Shown piece by piece: positions 1-11,499 of a DNA stretch of 64,000 nt (position 1 is its first letter; each line of letters begins with the position of its first letter). Origin of the DNA: Octopus bimaculoides (lineage: Eukaryota). The stretch is taken from positions 53,089,269-53,153,268 of the forward strand of contig NC_068981.1 in the NCBI RefSeq assembly GCF_001194135.2, written 5' to 3'. The position numbers and the translations under genes were made by a program. A model generated the notes under the pieces. The model did not search any database. It worked only from the letters and a program-made list of their open reading frames with translations, and had not been told where the DNA came from.

Positions 1-63
1 ATATCAGCTGAAATGTGTTAACAACAAACAAGATGAGGACAAATACCCATCAAGTATATATAA
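1..63 (+). mobile_element. 3' part of tRNA-headed, hammerhead-bearing SINE-like element, cut by window edge
   Basis: atatcagctgaaatgtgttaacaacaaacaagatgaggacaaata matches 1871-1920 of the fuller copy. Confidence 0.8.
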
Positions 64-1440
64 TCTAAAGTCATTTACTGTTAATTTTTACATATAGAAA
101 CCCTCCAGACAAAGTACAAGAATACTATCCCCTCCAAATTTCATTTTCTCATAACTAATCATAAAATTAAAAAAACTTCAGCTTCAACATATCTATATAA
201 TAGAAAGTGAATTTATGCTTTTCATTCATGAAAAATGGTTTCAGTAAAAGTACTGAATAATAAATGCACTTAATTATATGTTATTAATCAACTGAACAAA
301 AACATTAGAAAATGAGTTTATAAAAGAATGGTGATTCCTTTCCTTTTCAGTAAAAAGAAGATAATACAAAGGGAAAAGAAGACGCTATCTATTACTGTTC
401 ATAGTAAAGTAAAAAAAATATATGATGAAGGAAAGGAAAAAAAGGAGACAACAAAGAATAATTCCCAGTATTTTTCAATTCTGGCCAAATAGAAGAATGG
501 AAATTAATATTAATGTTTCCTGGGATACCCTTTCTGTTATTGATTTCTTACATAGCATAAGGCCAATGTATATGAATTGATTCCAATATATTACTGGTTA
601 ACTGAAAAGAGATATGAGTTCCTCCAAGGTGATTTGCTCTCAATACACTGCATGGAAATGAACTCTTTACTTCTGACTTATTGACCCATTTAAGTTGCCG
701 AAGACATTTTCATTACTGATAATTAAATCTTTTATCAATACTACAAAGATAATAAATAAATAAAATCCAACCACACTTAGGCTGAAACCAAAAGGGATAA
801 ACCTAATTATAATCTCTAATATCTATATTGGTGAAGGGCCATAGTCCAGTAGATATGTTATCAGACTTATGATTGTCAAGTTAAGAGTTCAATTCTCAGA
901 CCATTTGGTGATTTGCATTCTTGGTTAAAGTACTTCTTTTGATGTAGCTTTAGTAAACTCTGATAAAAATGACAACCAGTGACCTCAGGGAAACTGACCA
1001 TGGGAGAGACTGCTCACCTGTTCAAGTGGGGATTCTTCTTCTACTCTAAGCATAAATGTCTTGAAAATCTGGATAAGTTTTGACCTTGTGTGTACATAGG
1101 CTTGAGGCAGACTCTTTGTTGTTTCGGTCATCTCCATTAATATCTACCCTTGATATATTTCAATGATTTCTACAAAACATGAAGCTCGTTTCTATAAAAG
1201 ATAAGTGAGGTGAGATGTATGAAGCCTAGACTATTATTGGTAATTATCTTATAACTATTAGTTGGTTGAAAAGCAAAGTTGCCCATTGCTAAATTAGAAT
1301 TCAGAACACAGAAGAATAAAATTAAACTTTGCAAGCCTGTTTTTACTATTGCTGTCAGTTCAATACAGCCATGCATTGTGAATAATAATGATTTCTAACA
1401 GTGTCACAAGGCTTAGAAGAGAGAAGTATGACCAAATAAA

Positions 1441-1620
1441 CTAGCGAGTTTTATACCATTGTACCTTGATGGTTCGGCATTGGCGCTATACCTGGAAATG
1501 GAGGAGAAGGATCAGTTAAGCAAAGAAAAAATAGAAGTCCAGCTGATAGAGGCTTTTACGGAAGAGCCATTCATGGCATATGGTCAACAGGAGAAAGCGA
1601 AGTGAACGGGGAAGAGGTCG
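1441..1620 (+). mobile_element. Gypsy-like LTR retrotransposon gag fragment
   Basis: Reads LASFIPLYLDGSALALYLEMEEKDQLSKEKIEVQLIEAFTEEPFMAYG then a stop. It resembles invertebrate Gypsy gag capsid segments (recognised from memory). Confidence 0.6.
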
Positions 1621-1681
1621 TACTCCTTCACTTCCAGTCCTTCCCTCCAACACAGCCTGGCTCATAATACCACATGCCCAT

Positions 1682-1950
1682 GGTCATATGGCATAGTGGT
1701 TAAAAGCGCAGGCTACTAACCCCAAGATTCTGAGTTCGGTTCCAGGCAGTGACCTGAATAATAATAATAATAATAATAATAGTATTAATAATAATAACAT
1801 CGAAAAATACCTTAGGAATGAGAACCCAGGTCCGAAATTTCCCCAAGACACCTGATGAAGGCTGGAGAGTATATCAGCTGAAATGTTATGTTAACAACAA
1901 ACAAGATGAAGACAAATATCCATCAAATGTAAATAATATAAATAATGTAG
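1682..1950 (+). mobile_element. tRNA-derived SINE-like element with internal (AAT)n and a hammerhead ribozyme motif
   Basis: A-box TGGCATAGTGG 1689-1699, B-box-like GAGTTCGGTTCC, closing stem ggtca/tgacc, (AAT)n linker, then the hammerhead core at 1847-1892. Confidence 0.85.
1847..1892 (+). ncRNA. Minimal type I hammerhead ribozyme motif (decayed copy)
   Basis: GACAC-CTGATGA-A-GGCTG-(10 nt loop)-CAGCT-GAAA-TGTT-ATGTT: conserved core, 5-bp stem II and stem I in the expected order. Confidence 0.65.
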
Positions 1951-2284
1951 ATAGATAAGGCCTCTGTAATTCTCCCTCTGCTTCTGTCTTTTCCTCCTTC
2001 ACACAGAACATGAAGCTCATTTTTACAAAAGATAAGTGAGGTGAGATGTATGAAGCCTAGACTATTATTGGTAATCATCTTATAACTATTAGTTGGTTGA
2101 AAGGCAAAGTTGCCTGTTGCTGAATTAAAATTCAGAACACAGAAGGATAAAATTAAATTTTGCAAACCTGTTTTTACTATTGCTGACAGTTCAATACACC
2201 CATGCATTGTGAATAATAATTGATATCTAATTGTGTCATAAGGCTTAGAAGAGAGAAGTATAATCAAATAATTGGATTGAATCT

Positions 2285-2490
2285 TAAGCACGCCAGGCGA
2301 AGTGCTTAACAGTATTTCATCTGCCGTTACATTCTGAGTTGAAATTCTGTCGATTTTGCCTTTCATTCTTTCGGGGTCAATTAAATAAGTACCAGTTACG
2401 CACTGGAGTTGATGTAATTGACTTAATCCCTTTGTCTGTCCTTGTTTGTCCCCTCTATGTTTAGACTTTTGTGGGCAATAAAGAAATAAA
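2285..2490 (+). mobile_element. tRNA-derived SINE family B
   Basis: Shared body ttctgagttcaaattc...ctttgcctttcatcctttcggggtc..taaataagtaccag...gcactggggtcgatgtaatcgact. Related copies at about 10570-10790, 10960-11150, 13590-13790, 14365-14500 and 23320-23460. Confidence 0.8.
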
Positions 2491-2796
2491 TTTAACTGAC
2501 TCATGAAAGATAAGAAGCAAATCAACTACAGCTGGGCTTCAACTCAAAACACAAAGGAATAAATACAATACTGTAAAGAATTTATCTAGTCTAGAATTCA
2601 ACCATCTCTCCTGTTCAACTGACTTAGATCCTTGATATTAACATTTCTTTATCAATTTTGGTTCTAAATAGATTGTTTTTTGGCATTGTGTTGTTTACTT
2701 ATGCAAGGCACATTATTCTATTTATCTCAGTCAATCTAACAGAAGGAAAAGAGAGAAAAGAAAAATAACTGGGAACACTACAATTTCCTGGCTCAC

Positions 2797-3343
2797 TTGC
2801 AGCAACTCATTCTTGAAATTATATTCAGCTTTATAAAAAAATGTATCTGCTCCAACAATTCCTGTAACATCCAAATTTCAAAAGCTATGAAAAACTATGA
2901 AAAAACAGATTTAGAAATGTCAAACATGAATAAATAATAACTAAATAAAAGGATGATAAACAAGGAAAGAAAGTAAAACTGACCATCTTAGAATCAATAC
3001 TGATGTTTGTAAAGTGCTTTTGCATTTCCTGAAATATGAAACAGCTAGTGAAGAACATTGTTTGAAGAATTAGGTTTCGAATATAGAATATATAAAGAAC
3101 TGATACAATAGTTGTATATGAAACCAGAATGTTTAGGAAAATAATAAGAAATGTGTGTGATATTAATAAACCAAAAAAAAAATCTAAATTTTACACTTAT
3201 TGATATTACCCTTTACAATATGATGAAATAATTCCTTCCATTAAAAAAGTAAATCCTTTTACCATCTGTTGATAAACACTAGTAGTTCAGTATTTCAGTA
3301 AGCAACACTTATTCGGTTGTGTTTATTCAGTTCTAATAAGCAG
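2797..3343 (-). other. Cluster of candidate minus-strand exons (3263-3343, 2984-3028, 2797-2861 or 2797-2894)
   Basis: Acceptors cttattttag|C and ctgtttcatatttcag|G; donors ATG|gtaaaa, ATG|gtcagt and CAA|gtgagc. A further strong acceptor lies at 2736-2737. No recognisable protein. Confidence 0.3.
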
Positions 3344-3869
3344 CTAAAATAAGTTGACAAAGAAAAGCATTGTAAGCTAGGTTTTCCTAAATTATATAAG
3401 TTGCTGCTTGATAAAAACAGTGAGATAAAAAAGAAACAGATCATTTTGAAATTATTTATAGAAACAGTAACAAAGCGCCAATGTAATATATTTTAATTTG
3501 GTTTATTTCATTAAATGTTTTCTATATTGGTGTTGGAGAAATTTATCCAAGAAAGAACAAGGAAGCAAGTGACTAATGTCTATGTTGCAAATTTTAGGGA
3601 GAGTTTCCACATGTCCTCAAAGAAGGAGTTAGCAAGAAATATGACTACATGTGGCAGGAGGTTTGCGCCATTTCACAGTAGGGCACATGGAAGCCTAGGG
3701 GTTTAAGATTGATGATGAGGTGAGAAATCAAGCAGAGCCACTACATCACCTACCTGTCCATAGACTGGTATCTATACATAGGGAAAAAGACCACAGCTAG
3801 AGATATTGTATTGATGTTAACTCATGGCTTGTCTTATTTTTGCTATGCAGCATCTTTTATTTTTATTTG

Positions 3870-5010
3870 TAGTGTCTGGACGAAGGAGTAGTGCCCATAG
3901 CTATCACAGACCCTCCTAGAATTAATACCATTAATGTTCCTCTTAAACCTTTAAAAGTTAATACCCAGAGAAAAAATATGAGAAGAGAGGGATTAAAAGA
4001 GGCTTGAGGTTATGGGGAGGAAAGACTGGGCATAAGGATTAGTGCAGAGCCTGATTGTGTTAGACATTACAAGAGTGATTAGAGGAGATAGAATAAGTGG
4101 GACAGGAATGTCTGAGTGGAAGTTGTATGAACCTAGCTAGGTCCAAGGAACAGAAGCCATTGTAGTAGCCTTAGAAAAAGCTACAACAATGTTGAAAAGG
4201 CAGAGAAGAGAGGAGATAACATGTTTGTGTACCAGAAACTGAAGTGTATTTCTGAGAGATCATGTCAATTAATTAACTGACTGTTTTCTGGATGCAGTAT
4301 TAGATACTTGTGTATTTAGTTGTAGCACCATTCCAGATGTGAGAATAGCTACTCTATTGTGGACCTCAGCTTTAAAGAAAGTAAAACTGACCATTTCGAT
4401 AATTTTCGGGAAGTTGAAGTATTTTGTGTCTCTGAAGAGATGGACAAATTGTTGGGATCCAGTCCTAGTTACATTAAGGATGTGCTTTTACCAGGTGGGA
4501 TCCTAGGCAATAGTGAGGCAGTTCAACATTTGGAGCAATTGCAAAGGCTTTGGCTGCATACTGCTCATGATTAAGATGGGTGCAATGTAATATTATTTTT
4601 ACATAGCTGAACAGTGCTTGTGTTTTCTTACTGTTGACAGAAAAAGATTGGTATATTGCAAATGGAGGATGCTTTTGAAGTTTCTATTCTTGGAGTTCAT
4701 GTGCATTTGGTATGTGGTGTCTAGGTTGTGTGTGGGTGATGCATGGTTTGGAAGATTAGGAAACAACAAAAAGTAGTGTCATCTGCATAGGAATACATAG
4801 GTGTTGTTGGACATAACATCAAATAAGTCAATGATGCATAGTAGAAAGAAACTTTGGGTCAAAAACCAAACCCTTTAGCACATTGGATATAATGTGGGAT
4901 AGAAAGAGCTCCATCAACATATACTGTGATACTGCAATCTGATAAGATGTTATGAATGCAACAGATGACATGGCTTAATTTGATTCAACATGGAAAACTC
5001 ACCTGGTCTG
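3870..5010 (-). mobile_element. Decayed L2/Crack-like (CR1 group) LINE reverse transcriptase remnant
   Basis: Minus-strand SYADDTTF motif (forward gtcatctgcata 4778-4789) and a downstream HIWNGA-like motif; many stops and frameshifts. Confidence 0.7.
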
Positions 5011-5016
5011 GACATG

Positions 5017-5072
<56 letters not shown>

Positions 5073-5084
5073 TTTTATGTATAC

Positions 5085-6359
5085 ACTAGCAGTATAACCC
5101 GGCGCTGCTCGGGATTAAGCTAGGATTATTAAATGATTAAGTCCTTTATTTCAAACCAAAATAAGTAACATCGACATCAGATTTGAGCGAAATCCGTTGA
5201 AATTGGTTTGGCTGAAAATGGTTTGCTGGCAATTTGATTGGGAAATCTCATAAGGAATCAGTTTATTGGTTATTTTCACTTATTGACTCTTTTTTTAAAT
5301 GTTGCATTAGAGNNNNNNNNNNNNNNNNNNNNNNNNNNNNNNNNNNNNNNNNNNNNNNNNNNNNNNNNNNNNNNNNNNNNNNNNNNNNNNNNNNNNNNNN
5401 NNNNNNNNNNNNNNNNNNNNNNNNNNNNNNNNNNNNNNNNNNNNNNNNNNNNNNNNNNNNNNNNNNNNNNNNNNNNNNNNNNNNNNNNNNNNNNNNNNNN
5501 NNNNNNNNNNNNNNNNNNNNNNNNNNNNNNNNNNNNNNNNNNNNNNNNNNNNNNNNNNNNNNNNNNNNNNNNNNNNNNNNNNNNNNNNNNNNNNNNNNNN
5601 NNNNNNNNNNNNNNNNNNNNNNNNNNNNNNNNNNNNNNNNNNNNNNNNNNNNNNNNNNNNNNNNNNNNNNNNNNNNNNNNNNNNNNNNNNNNNNNNNNNN
5701 NNNNNNNNNNNNNNNNNNNNNNNNNNNNNNNNNNNNNNNNNNNNNNNNNNNNNNNNNNNNNNNNNNNNNNNNNNNNNNNNNNNNNNNNNNNNNNNNNNNN
5801 NNNNNNNNNNNNNNNNNNNNNNNNNNNNNNNNNNNNNNNNNNNNNNNNNNNNNNNNNNNNNNNNNNNNNNNNNNNNNNNNNNNNNNNNNNNNNNNNNNNN
5901 NNNNNNNNNNNNNNNNNNNNNNNNNNNNNNNNNNNNNNNNNNNNNNNNNNNNNNNNNNNNNNNNNNNNNNNNNNNNNNNNNNNNNNNNNNNNNNNNNNNN
6001 NNNNNNNNNNNNNNNNNCTCTCTCTTTCTTTCTTTCTCTCTCTCTTTCTTTCTTTCTCTCTCTCTCTCTTTCTTCCTCCCTCTCTTTCTTTCTTTCTCTC
6101 TCTCTTGCTCTCTCTCTCTCCTTCACGCGCGTACGCACAGATTTGATTTCACCATATCAACAAACTTCAAAATTGGTAAAAGTTTATCGATTTTTACAGC
6201 TATACGCGGGTGCCTCTGTGAGAAAAAGTTGACAAAAACACAGCTAGGGTCATGAACAATGTCCTCCTAAAATTGGAGCGACATGCGTGCTAATTTGTGG
6301 ACGTGCATAACCCACATCACGTACACACACACACAAACATCTGTTTTATAGATATTGAT
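5085..6359 (+). mobile_element. Non-autonomous Helitron/Helentron-like element spanning an N gap
   Basis: Starts ACTAGCAGTATAACCCGGCGCTGCTCGGG, contains a (CT/CTTT)n tract, and ends with a (CA)n-...ttttatagatattgat terminus typical of such elements. The middle is unsequenced. Confidence 0.5.
5313..6017. other. Assembly gap
   Basis: N run. Other gaps: 17453-17701, 21731-21740, 22987-22996, 24561-24660, 50425-50515. Confidence 1.
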
Positions 6360-6889
6360 ACATGAATACATACATAGCTCTTCCACCCTTTGACAGATCT
6401 TAGTTTTTGTCCCGCAGAGTATCCAACAATCACCCTTCTCAACAAGCAAGCTTGATGGGGTTGCCAGTTTAGATGCCAACAACCTGACCATGCAACGAGT
6501 TGTATTGGGTTACATGTTACCAGTAGCACTCAAGAATGACCTGACATAGAAAAAGTTACAAAGGCACAAGAAAATCGAAATAGGATTTCAAAATATACCT
6601 AAGAAAAACAAGAGCATTCAGAGAGCGCAAACCTCTGCCAAGGCAACACCAACGTTCACTCAACAATTAGCTAGAGATGATTTTTAAAATGAGAATATCT
6701 GAAATAAATTTGACTGCTCTCATGAACAAGAATACTAAAGATGAACCCGACTGCTCTCAAAAATTAAGTAAAAACAAAATGGAAAAATAATTCAGATTCC
6801 TTGTCTGGTACCTGATCTATCCCAATGGTAGTCATATAATGTGAAGGTGGCTATAGAAAATTTCATAAAAGTAATAAATAGTTTATCCT

Positions 6890-7070
6890 TAATTTCTTTC
6901 AAGCCTACACATGTCCTCAGTCACAGCCCATGTTTCACTGCTGTGTAGCATAGCTGTTCACACACAGATATCATACAGTCTACCTTTCACTCCTTTGGTA
7001 GGCGCTCTCTGAACTTTACCCAGCCTATTCTTATTCTAGCAGCTATGCTCCCAGAGCATCCACAAATTTG
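6890..7070 (-). mobile_element. RTE LINE fragment
   Basis: Minus strand reads SIAARIRIGWVKFRE..., homologous to 16830-17000. Confidence 0.75.
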
Positions 7071-7099
7071 TTATATCTTGTATGGTTGTTTATGGGAGT

Positions 7100-8470
7100 G
7101 TTACATTTTGGAATTGTAGTGTATGAGTTGAGTTTCCTGTTTGTGTTTGAAGTATTCTTGAGGTCATTTCTGCATATATTTTTGGATATTTGGAAGACTG
7201 ATATCTTTATCTAATTCTTTTGTGATCTACTCTCATGCTTTTCTTTGATTTATCTGTATTTTCCTAGTGTGGTTTTGTTTCTATTATGGATTTTTCTCAG
7301 TGGTGTTTTACTCATAATCATTAAACCACTGTTGCTGTTTTCCCCATGTTCTTATAGATTTTCTCCTCTTCTTGTTTGGTGTCTTCTTTCCATAATTGCT
7401 GCAGTTTTTTCTGGGTTATATTTTAACCAGAAGAGACAGAGATGTTTATCAGAGTGCAGACATTTTTGTTTGAGTCCTTGATATATGCATCTGGAAGGTT
7501 TACCTCATAAATCACCTTATAGGTCAACATGACATGTTCTAGATGAGTGTACTCAGATTGTTTGGTACATGTTTTTACCACTTCTTATCTGTTTTCAAAT
7601 CAACATGTGGATGTATGCACTACTGGACTACCTGCCAACATGCTTGGGTCTGTGAATATAATTGGACTTACTAAGAAATTATGTTTCTAGAAATTATGCG
7701 GTCAAGTATCTCAATGCATTAATTGCATAATATCCCGTTGTTATTAGCATAATTTTTCATTCTTTTATTTTGTAATTATATGTAACCAGGTCATTGGTGC
7801 AGTGCAGCTAAAATCAGGTCCTTCTGTCTCTGCTTTTAGTCCAGAGCTTTGGAGCCATTGTTAGTTTTCACTTCAGTTGACTTCCTTCCTGTTTAGTATT
7901 GGGAGATATTGTTCAGTTTTTTTTTACTATTTTACTTTGGTACATTTTGAAATCCTGTTTCGATTTTCTTGTGTCTTTGTAACTTTTCTATTGTTTCTTC
8001 TTTAACTGTAGTTAGTTTCTTGTTTGTACTTTAGTGTTTCCTTATATATAGAGAGAAACATTTTTTGTTAGTCTTCATCTTTCCTTATTACACTAATATT
8101 ATTTTGTCATATTTTTTATATTCATGTCAAACCATATTCTCCCTGTGTTTGTGATAGGCATATTCTATCTATATCAGTTCTGGGATGGTGGCTTTAAAAT
8201 GCTGTTAGTGAGTTTTTGCTTTCTTTTTGTCTCTAATCTTTTCAATTCACTTAGCTTCCAGTTATGTTAAGCTGTAGTTTAAAACTAGAATGTATTGTAT
8301 ATTTATAACTACTATCTTATTTCTAGCACTGAATTTAGCTTTTATTATTTGTCTGACTCTTCTGAAGTACTCTTTCCTAACTTCTTTATTCATTTCTCTG
8401 TGTTATTTTTTTATTATTTTTTTTATTAGTTTCATCTACTGCTAAGTACTTGCATGAATAGTTCTGGTTT
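7100..8470 (-). mobile_element. R4/Dong-like REL non-LTR retrotransposon fragment A
   Basis: Minus-strand LQSSGLKAETEG motif and PDAYIKDSNKNVCTLINISV (degenerate RPDI-type endonuclease); heavily decayed. Confidence 0.6.
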
Positions 8471-8789
8471 AATTCTCTGATTCTGGTGTGTGTGTGTGTG
8501 TGTGTTTGTTTACATATAGAGCTAGTTTTAATTAAGGCTGCAATGCTTTGTTAGTATTTAGGCTGCTTTACTGAAGTGGTGTATTTCATATTCATGACTG
8601 TGGTATACTGTCATACACTTTAAGGTAACCACTTCAAGTCATAGTAAGGGTTTATTTTTCTCTTTTTGCTGACTTCTATAATAGCGCAGGTCATTAGAAG
8701 CCCTTCTTTACATTACTATTATTCTTACATCCTTTGTCATATGAAAGAAATTATTATTTTGCTAGTGTGTACCACTTTAGTTAGCAGGT

Positions 8790-10530
8790 ATTTTATCTTG
8801 AGGTTTGGCAACAAGTCTCCTCTTATCTCAAGAATCTTTCTTAGGGTTCTTGCAGAATACAGGATGGTACTTTTCTGCAGATGGACAATGAGTTTCAATT
8901 CCAATTTCTTTCAGTCTTTTAGGTAGTATTTTGGGTGCTGTACCAAGCGTGCCAAATACTACATGAATAATTGCTGTCTTAGTCTTCCATAGCCTTCTCA
9001 GCACTCTGGCTAGATCCTGAAATTTCTTAATTTTTTCCTATTTCTTTGTATCAACTCTACTATTATAGGGAATTGCAAAATCTATAATTTTGCATTTCAT
9101 TTACTTTGTCTTCTATAATCATGTCTGGTCTTCTTGCTTCAATAGTCTTTATGGTGTAGTCCCACAAAATCTTGTAATTCTAATTTATTTATGACAGACT
9201 CTGGTTTGTGTTCACATCACTTTACTGTTGTTTTGAAGCCTCACACTCAGCCAACATCTGAAAGCACTCTTTTGCTTACACAGTAATGACTATGCTTATA
9301 CTCCTTTTGTGCTAGTATATTGCACTCACTCAAAATGTGATTGATACTCTTGTCTCCTTTTCTGAAGATTCTATATTTGCTATCTAAGTTTTGTCAATCT
9401 TTGCCTTAATCAGGTTTGTTCTAAGGGCTTGTTCCTGAGTGGCTATAATTAGCATTTCTGTTTCTTGTTTCAAATTCCTGTCCATCAACCAAAACCAGCA
9501 ATCTTCACTTTCAACATTCTTGGTTTGTTGCAAGAATTGGCCATGCAGTTCCATTTCTTTCTATTTGTTTATTCTGTTGTTATACCTTTTCTTTTTGAAT
9601 TCTACTGTTTCAGTCACTTTTTGAGTATCTCTGGCTGCCAAAATTTTTTTTTTCCTCTGTACAACATAATTTTTCAGAACCAGTATGGCATTGCAGTACC
9701 AAAATTGTCTTCCATATTTAGTAATCTTCTACCATTTTACCTTCTTGGCAGATAGAGTTGGTTGGTATTACTTTAAGGATGGAGTGTATTGCACATTGTT
9801 AGCAGCTTTCTAGTTCTTCTATCTAAGTTCTGTAGCTTGATTTTTGTCCATTTCAGAAAGGGAGCAGAGCATCTCAGTATGGGCACAGCCTATGTATTTA
9901 TGGCTTTAATGATGTTCCTACCATTTAATTTTGTTTCAAGCACCTTCCTAATTCTCCTCTTGTACTCTTTAGTTACTTTCTCTCTCATTTCTCTTTCATT
10001 TATCTTATTGTTTGTAGTACACCTGGGTATTTGTATCCCTCATTATTCTGCAGCAATCTAATGATGTTGTCTTGTGATAATTTTATGCTATCAGACTTTA
10101 TCTTCCAGCATCTCTTCATAATTAATACTGTGCACTTACTTACCCCAAACTGCATTCTAATGTTTTTACTGAATACACTCATTGTTTGGATCAGAGAACC
10201 CAGGTCTGTCTCATTTTTTTTGTATATATCTTGAGGTCATCCATATAAAGTAGATGATTATTTTCTCATCTTGGTTTTAGTAAACTCATAGGCTGGCTTG
10301 GATTTTCTCAGTGTACTTGTCAGAGGGATTAGCACAATGGTGAATAATAATGGAGAGAGTGAGTCTCAAGTAATCTATCTATCCAACAACTAAATCTTTC
10401 CTTCTTACTTGTATATCCTTCTTACCTGTTTATCATTTGATATCCTGCTGTCTATACATAACAGGTCAGCAATTCCCCTTCATTTCATCCAACATACCTA
10501 TTGCTCTTCTGGTAATAGGTTCTCTTTTCC
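8790..10530 (-). mobile_element. R4/Dong-like REL non-LTR retrotransposon fragment B
   Basis: DSLSPLLFTIVLIPL, NHLLYMDDL (10236-10247), IRMQFGVSKC...GYKY and C-terminal FQDLARVLRRLWKTKTAIIHVVFGTLGTAP. Confidence 0.8.
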
Positions 10531-10773
10531 AGGAAATTACATATGTCATCGGTCACGAGGTCAATTATTAAGGCAGTAAACAGATGGAATTGATAGCATG
10601 CCTGAGAAAATGCCTAGTCTTTACAGTCTGAGTTCAAATTCCACTGAGGTCGACTTTGCCTTTCATCCTTTTTCAGACCAATGAAAAAATACCAGATGAT
10701 GATGGGCACTGGGGCCAATGTAATCAACTAACCCCTCCCCCAAAATTTCAGGCCTTGAATCTAAAATAGAAAG

Positions 10774-10807
<34 letters not shown>

Positions 10808-10809
<2 letters not shown>

Positions 10810-10960
10810 GGCGTTAGGAAGGACATCCAGCTGTAGAAACTCTGCCAAATTAGATTGGAGCCTGGTGTTGCCATCCGGTTTCACCAGTCTTCAGTCAAAT
10901 CGTCCAACCCATGCTAGCATGGAAAGCGGACGTTAAACGATGATGATGATGATGATGATT
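10808..10960 (+). mobile_element. Short copy of RTE 3' UTR with (GAT)n tail
   Basis: ggcgttaggaaggacatccagctgtagaaac...catggaaagcggacgttaaacgatgatg. Related copies at about 18580-18830(-), 25750-25925, 37435-37680(-), 50540-50860, 59905-60110(-) and 62223-62408. Confidence 0.85.
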
Positions 10961-11144
10961 AAGGTAGCAAGCTGGCAAAATTATTAGCACACTAGATGAA
11001 ATGCTTTTTGGCATTTCGTCCATTTTTATACTCTACCAAAGATGACTTTGCCTTTCATCCTTTTGGTGTTGAGCACTGGGGTTGATGTAATTGATAAACT
11101 CCCTCCCCACAAAATTTCAAACCTTCCTATAGAAGAAAAAGTTA

Positions 11145-11440
11145 TTATTATTATTCAGTAGTCTTATCTTTATCACATGCTTTCACTGCACTACCAAGCA
11201 CAGCTCTGGGTGCCTTGGGTATGTGCTGTGGTTTGTTGTGATGCTCTCATTTTTACTGTATAGAAAGTGTTTTGCATAGGATGTGTGCTGTGCCTAGTAG
11301 TGTTATTTTTTGTATGTTATATATACTTGTAAATCCTGGTGTTTTTGTTATGTATTTGTCTGAATATTTTTTTATCATACCTAATGCACCTACTATGATA
11401 GGAATTGTTTCTGCTTTTAGACTCCTCATTTGAGTTACCT
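11145..11440 (-). mobile_element. R4/Dong-like element 3' end C with (TAA)n tail
   Basis: Minus strand LLGTAHILCKTLSIQ*, then a 3' UTR ending gaataataataa. Confidence 0.75.
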
Positions 11441-11499
11441 CTATTTCTAGGTCTTTTATTATTATTATTATTATTGTTGTTGTTGTTGCTATTATTATT

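Larger units (their letters stand above)
1172..2271. repeat. Diverged direct duplication of about 265 bp (1172-1439 and 2003-2271)
   Basis: Both copies run acatgaagctc...gataagtgaggtgagatgtatgaagcctagactattattgg...ggcttagaagagagaagtat..caaataa with scattered substitutions. They account for the two similar ORFs 1170-1376 and 1923-2525. Confidence 0.92.

Noticed and set aside
5234-6232. Long ORFs 5234-6232, 5238-6146, 5263-6138 and those at 17265-17865
   Set aside because: They are open only because they run through N gaps and CT microsatellite.
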